Positions 62,590 through 64,000 of a stretch of 64,000 bases of DNA are shown here, piece after piece; positions within the stretch are counted from its first letter, which is position 1, and each line of letters begins with the position of its first letter. This DNA comes from Stegostoma tigrinum (lineage: Eukaryota), in NCBI RefSeq assembly GCF_030684315.1, contig NC_081359.1, forward strand, positions 92,536,838-92,600,837. The letters run 5' to 3'. Position numbers and translations under genes: made by a program. Under the pieces are notes generated by a model, which saw nothing but the letters and a program-made list of their open reading frames with translations, made no database searches and was not told where the DNA came from.

Positions 62590-63560
62590 ACAAGTACTGA
62601 TTTTTCTTTTCAATGTGGAGGAACTTATTAAGATGCCAACTCACATTCAACACTTCAGACTGTGTTTGATGAGTTATAGCTCCACCAGTGAGTACATACA
62701 AGAGAAATTCCAAACAATGGCATGCAATTTACCATCTGAAGAGATTCAAAGACAAGGTTTGGTGCTTGTAGGAGAAGTAGAAGCATGCATGTTATTGGTA
62801 ACAAAATGCTTGCCAGCACCAGAGAAAAATAATTGGCATAGATTAGGGAAGCTCAAAACCAAGACGAAGAATAGCTCCTTACTGATTTTAAGACAATACT
62901 TTGAAGTAACAAAAACATTTCACCGTTATAAATGATTTGTTAATCTTTAATTAAAGATTGGTAATACTGAAAACATACAGAACTACTTCTCCAGAGACTA
63001 CATAAGGTCATCTTGGAATATTGAAATGTTGAGCAGGAGCCTAACAAGTCAGTTTATTGGCCAGGGATTACCTATTCAATTGAGGAAACTGTATCCAACT
63101 GGCAAATCTTCACTATCAACAGTCAGGAATAGAAAGAATCTGCGTCACCGATATTTCCATCAAAACGTTGGGAAAGGTTGACTTGTTTGAGTTTAAAAGG
63201 AAAATATTTATAATGATCATCAATCATTATTGAAGATGATTTGAGATAAATCATTTACACTGTATCACAATTGGTACCACAATAAAATCATTAAAACAGG
63301 GTGGTATCTGGTAATGGACCACAACTTCACAAATGAACAGTTTAGTAAATTAGCCAAAGAATATGTCTCCATTCATAATCATTTACCCTATTACCCTCAA
63401 GCAAATGGTGAAGCAGGAAGTGGAGTTCAATGTATAAAAAGAATTTCAAAAGAGAATTTTTGACATTGATTTGACTCTATTGAGTTATGGATCATCACCA
63501 CAGAATGGAATTATTATATCCAGCAGAACTGTTAATGGAGAAAATACTATGAATGCAGCT
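62590..63560 (+). mobile_element. Gypsy LTR-retrotransposon relic, RNase H end then integrase (canonical order)
   Basis: KMPTHIQHFRLCLMSY; LH*GHLGILKC..YWPGI; DLFEFK; VVSGNGPQ; YPQANGEAGSGVQ. Confidence 0.8.
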
Positions 63561-63599
63561 TCTATTTTGTCAGGAAGAGAAAGATCTCAATATTGCCAA

Positions 63600-64000
63600 G
63601 ATCATAGAGTGAGATTGGCTAGGTTGAGCCCAAGTATAAGGGATTTTTCTTACGTGAAGCATAATAGGTTAGACTTGTACTCATTGGAGTTTAGAAGGTT
63701 GAGAGTATACATTACTGAATCATAAGATTTTTAAGGGGCATGGTGAGGCAGATGAGGAGAGGTTGTTTCTATTTTTGTGGGAGACTCTGGGACCAGCCAT
63801 CATAATCACAGAGTAAGAGGTTAACAATTTAAGACACAGATGAAGAGAAATTTAATACCTCTGAGAGTGGTGAATCTCTGAAATTCTTTACTCCAGAGGG
63901 CTGCCGGAGCTGGATTGTTAAATATATTCAAGGCTGAGATAGATGGATTTCTAATCATAAACAGAATCAAAAGGTTATACAGATAAGGCAAGAAAGTGGA
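63600..64000 (+). mobile_element. CR1 LINE 3' fragment
   Basis: LDLYSLEFRRLR..ITESYKI and RVVNL*NSL motifs. Confidence 0.8.

Overview
Eukaryotic genomic DNA, most likely from a shark or ray. This is inferred from HE1-type and Deu-type SINEs plus abundant CR1 LINEs and Penelope-like elements; the species cannot be determined from sequence alone. Three protein-coding genes lie in tandem on the minus strand. ALG8 is complete: I assembled 13 coding exons by hand (1578 nt, 525 aa), and intron 4 is U12-type. KCTD21 and LIPT1 each have one coding exon and a probable non-coding first exon. From 33.3 kb to the end I found no recognisable host gene; the region is a mosaic of retroelements. These include CR1 and Rex1/Babar LINEs, tRNA-derived SINEs, a Gmr1-type Gypsy relic that appears split by an inversion, a canonical Gypsy relic, and at least three Penelope-like (PLE) families. 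The most unusual signals are: (i) a 41-unit, 32-bp minisatellite with higher-order structure, built from PLE endonuclease sequence at the 5' junction of a truncated PLE; (ii) many short PLE-derived fold-back elements with long target-site duplications and minimal hammerhead-ribozyme motifs; (iii) a local duplication containing an exact 18-bp micro-inversion. Repeat boundaries are approximate, family names come from motif recognition, and no database searches were run.
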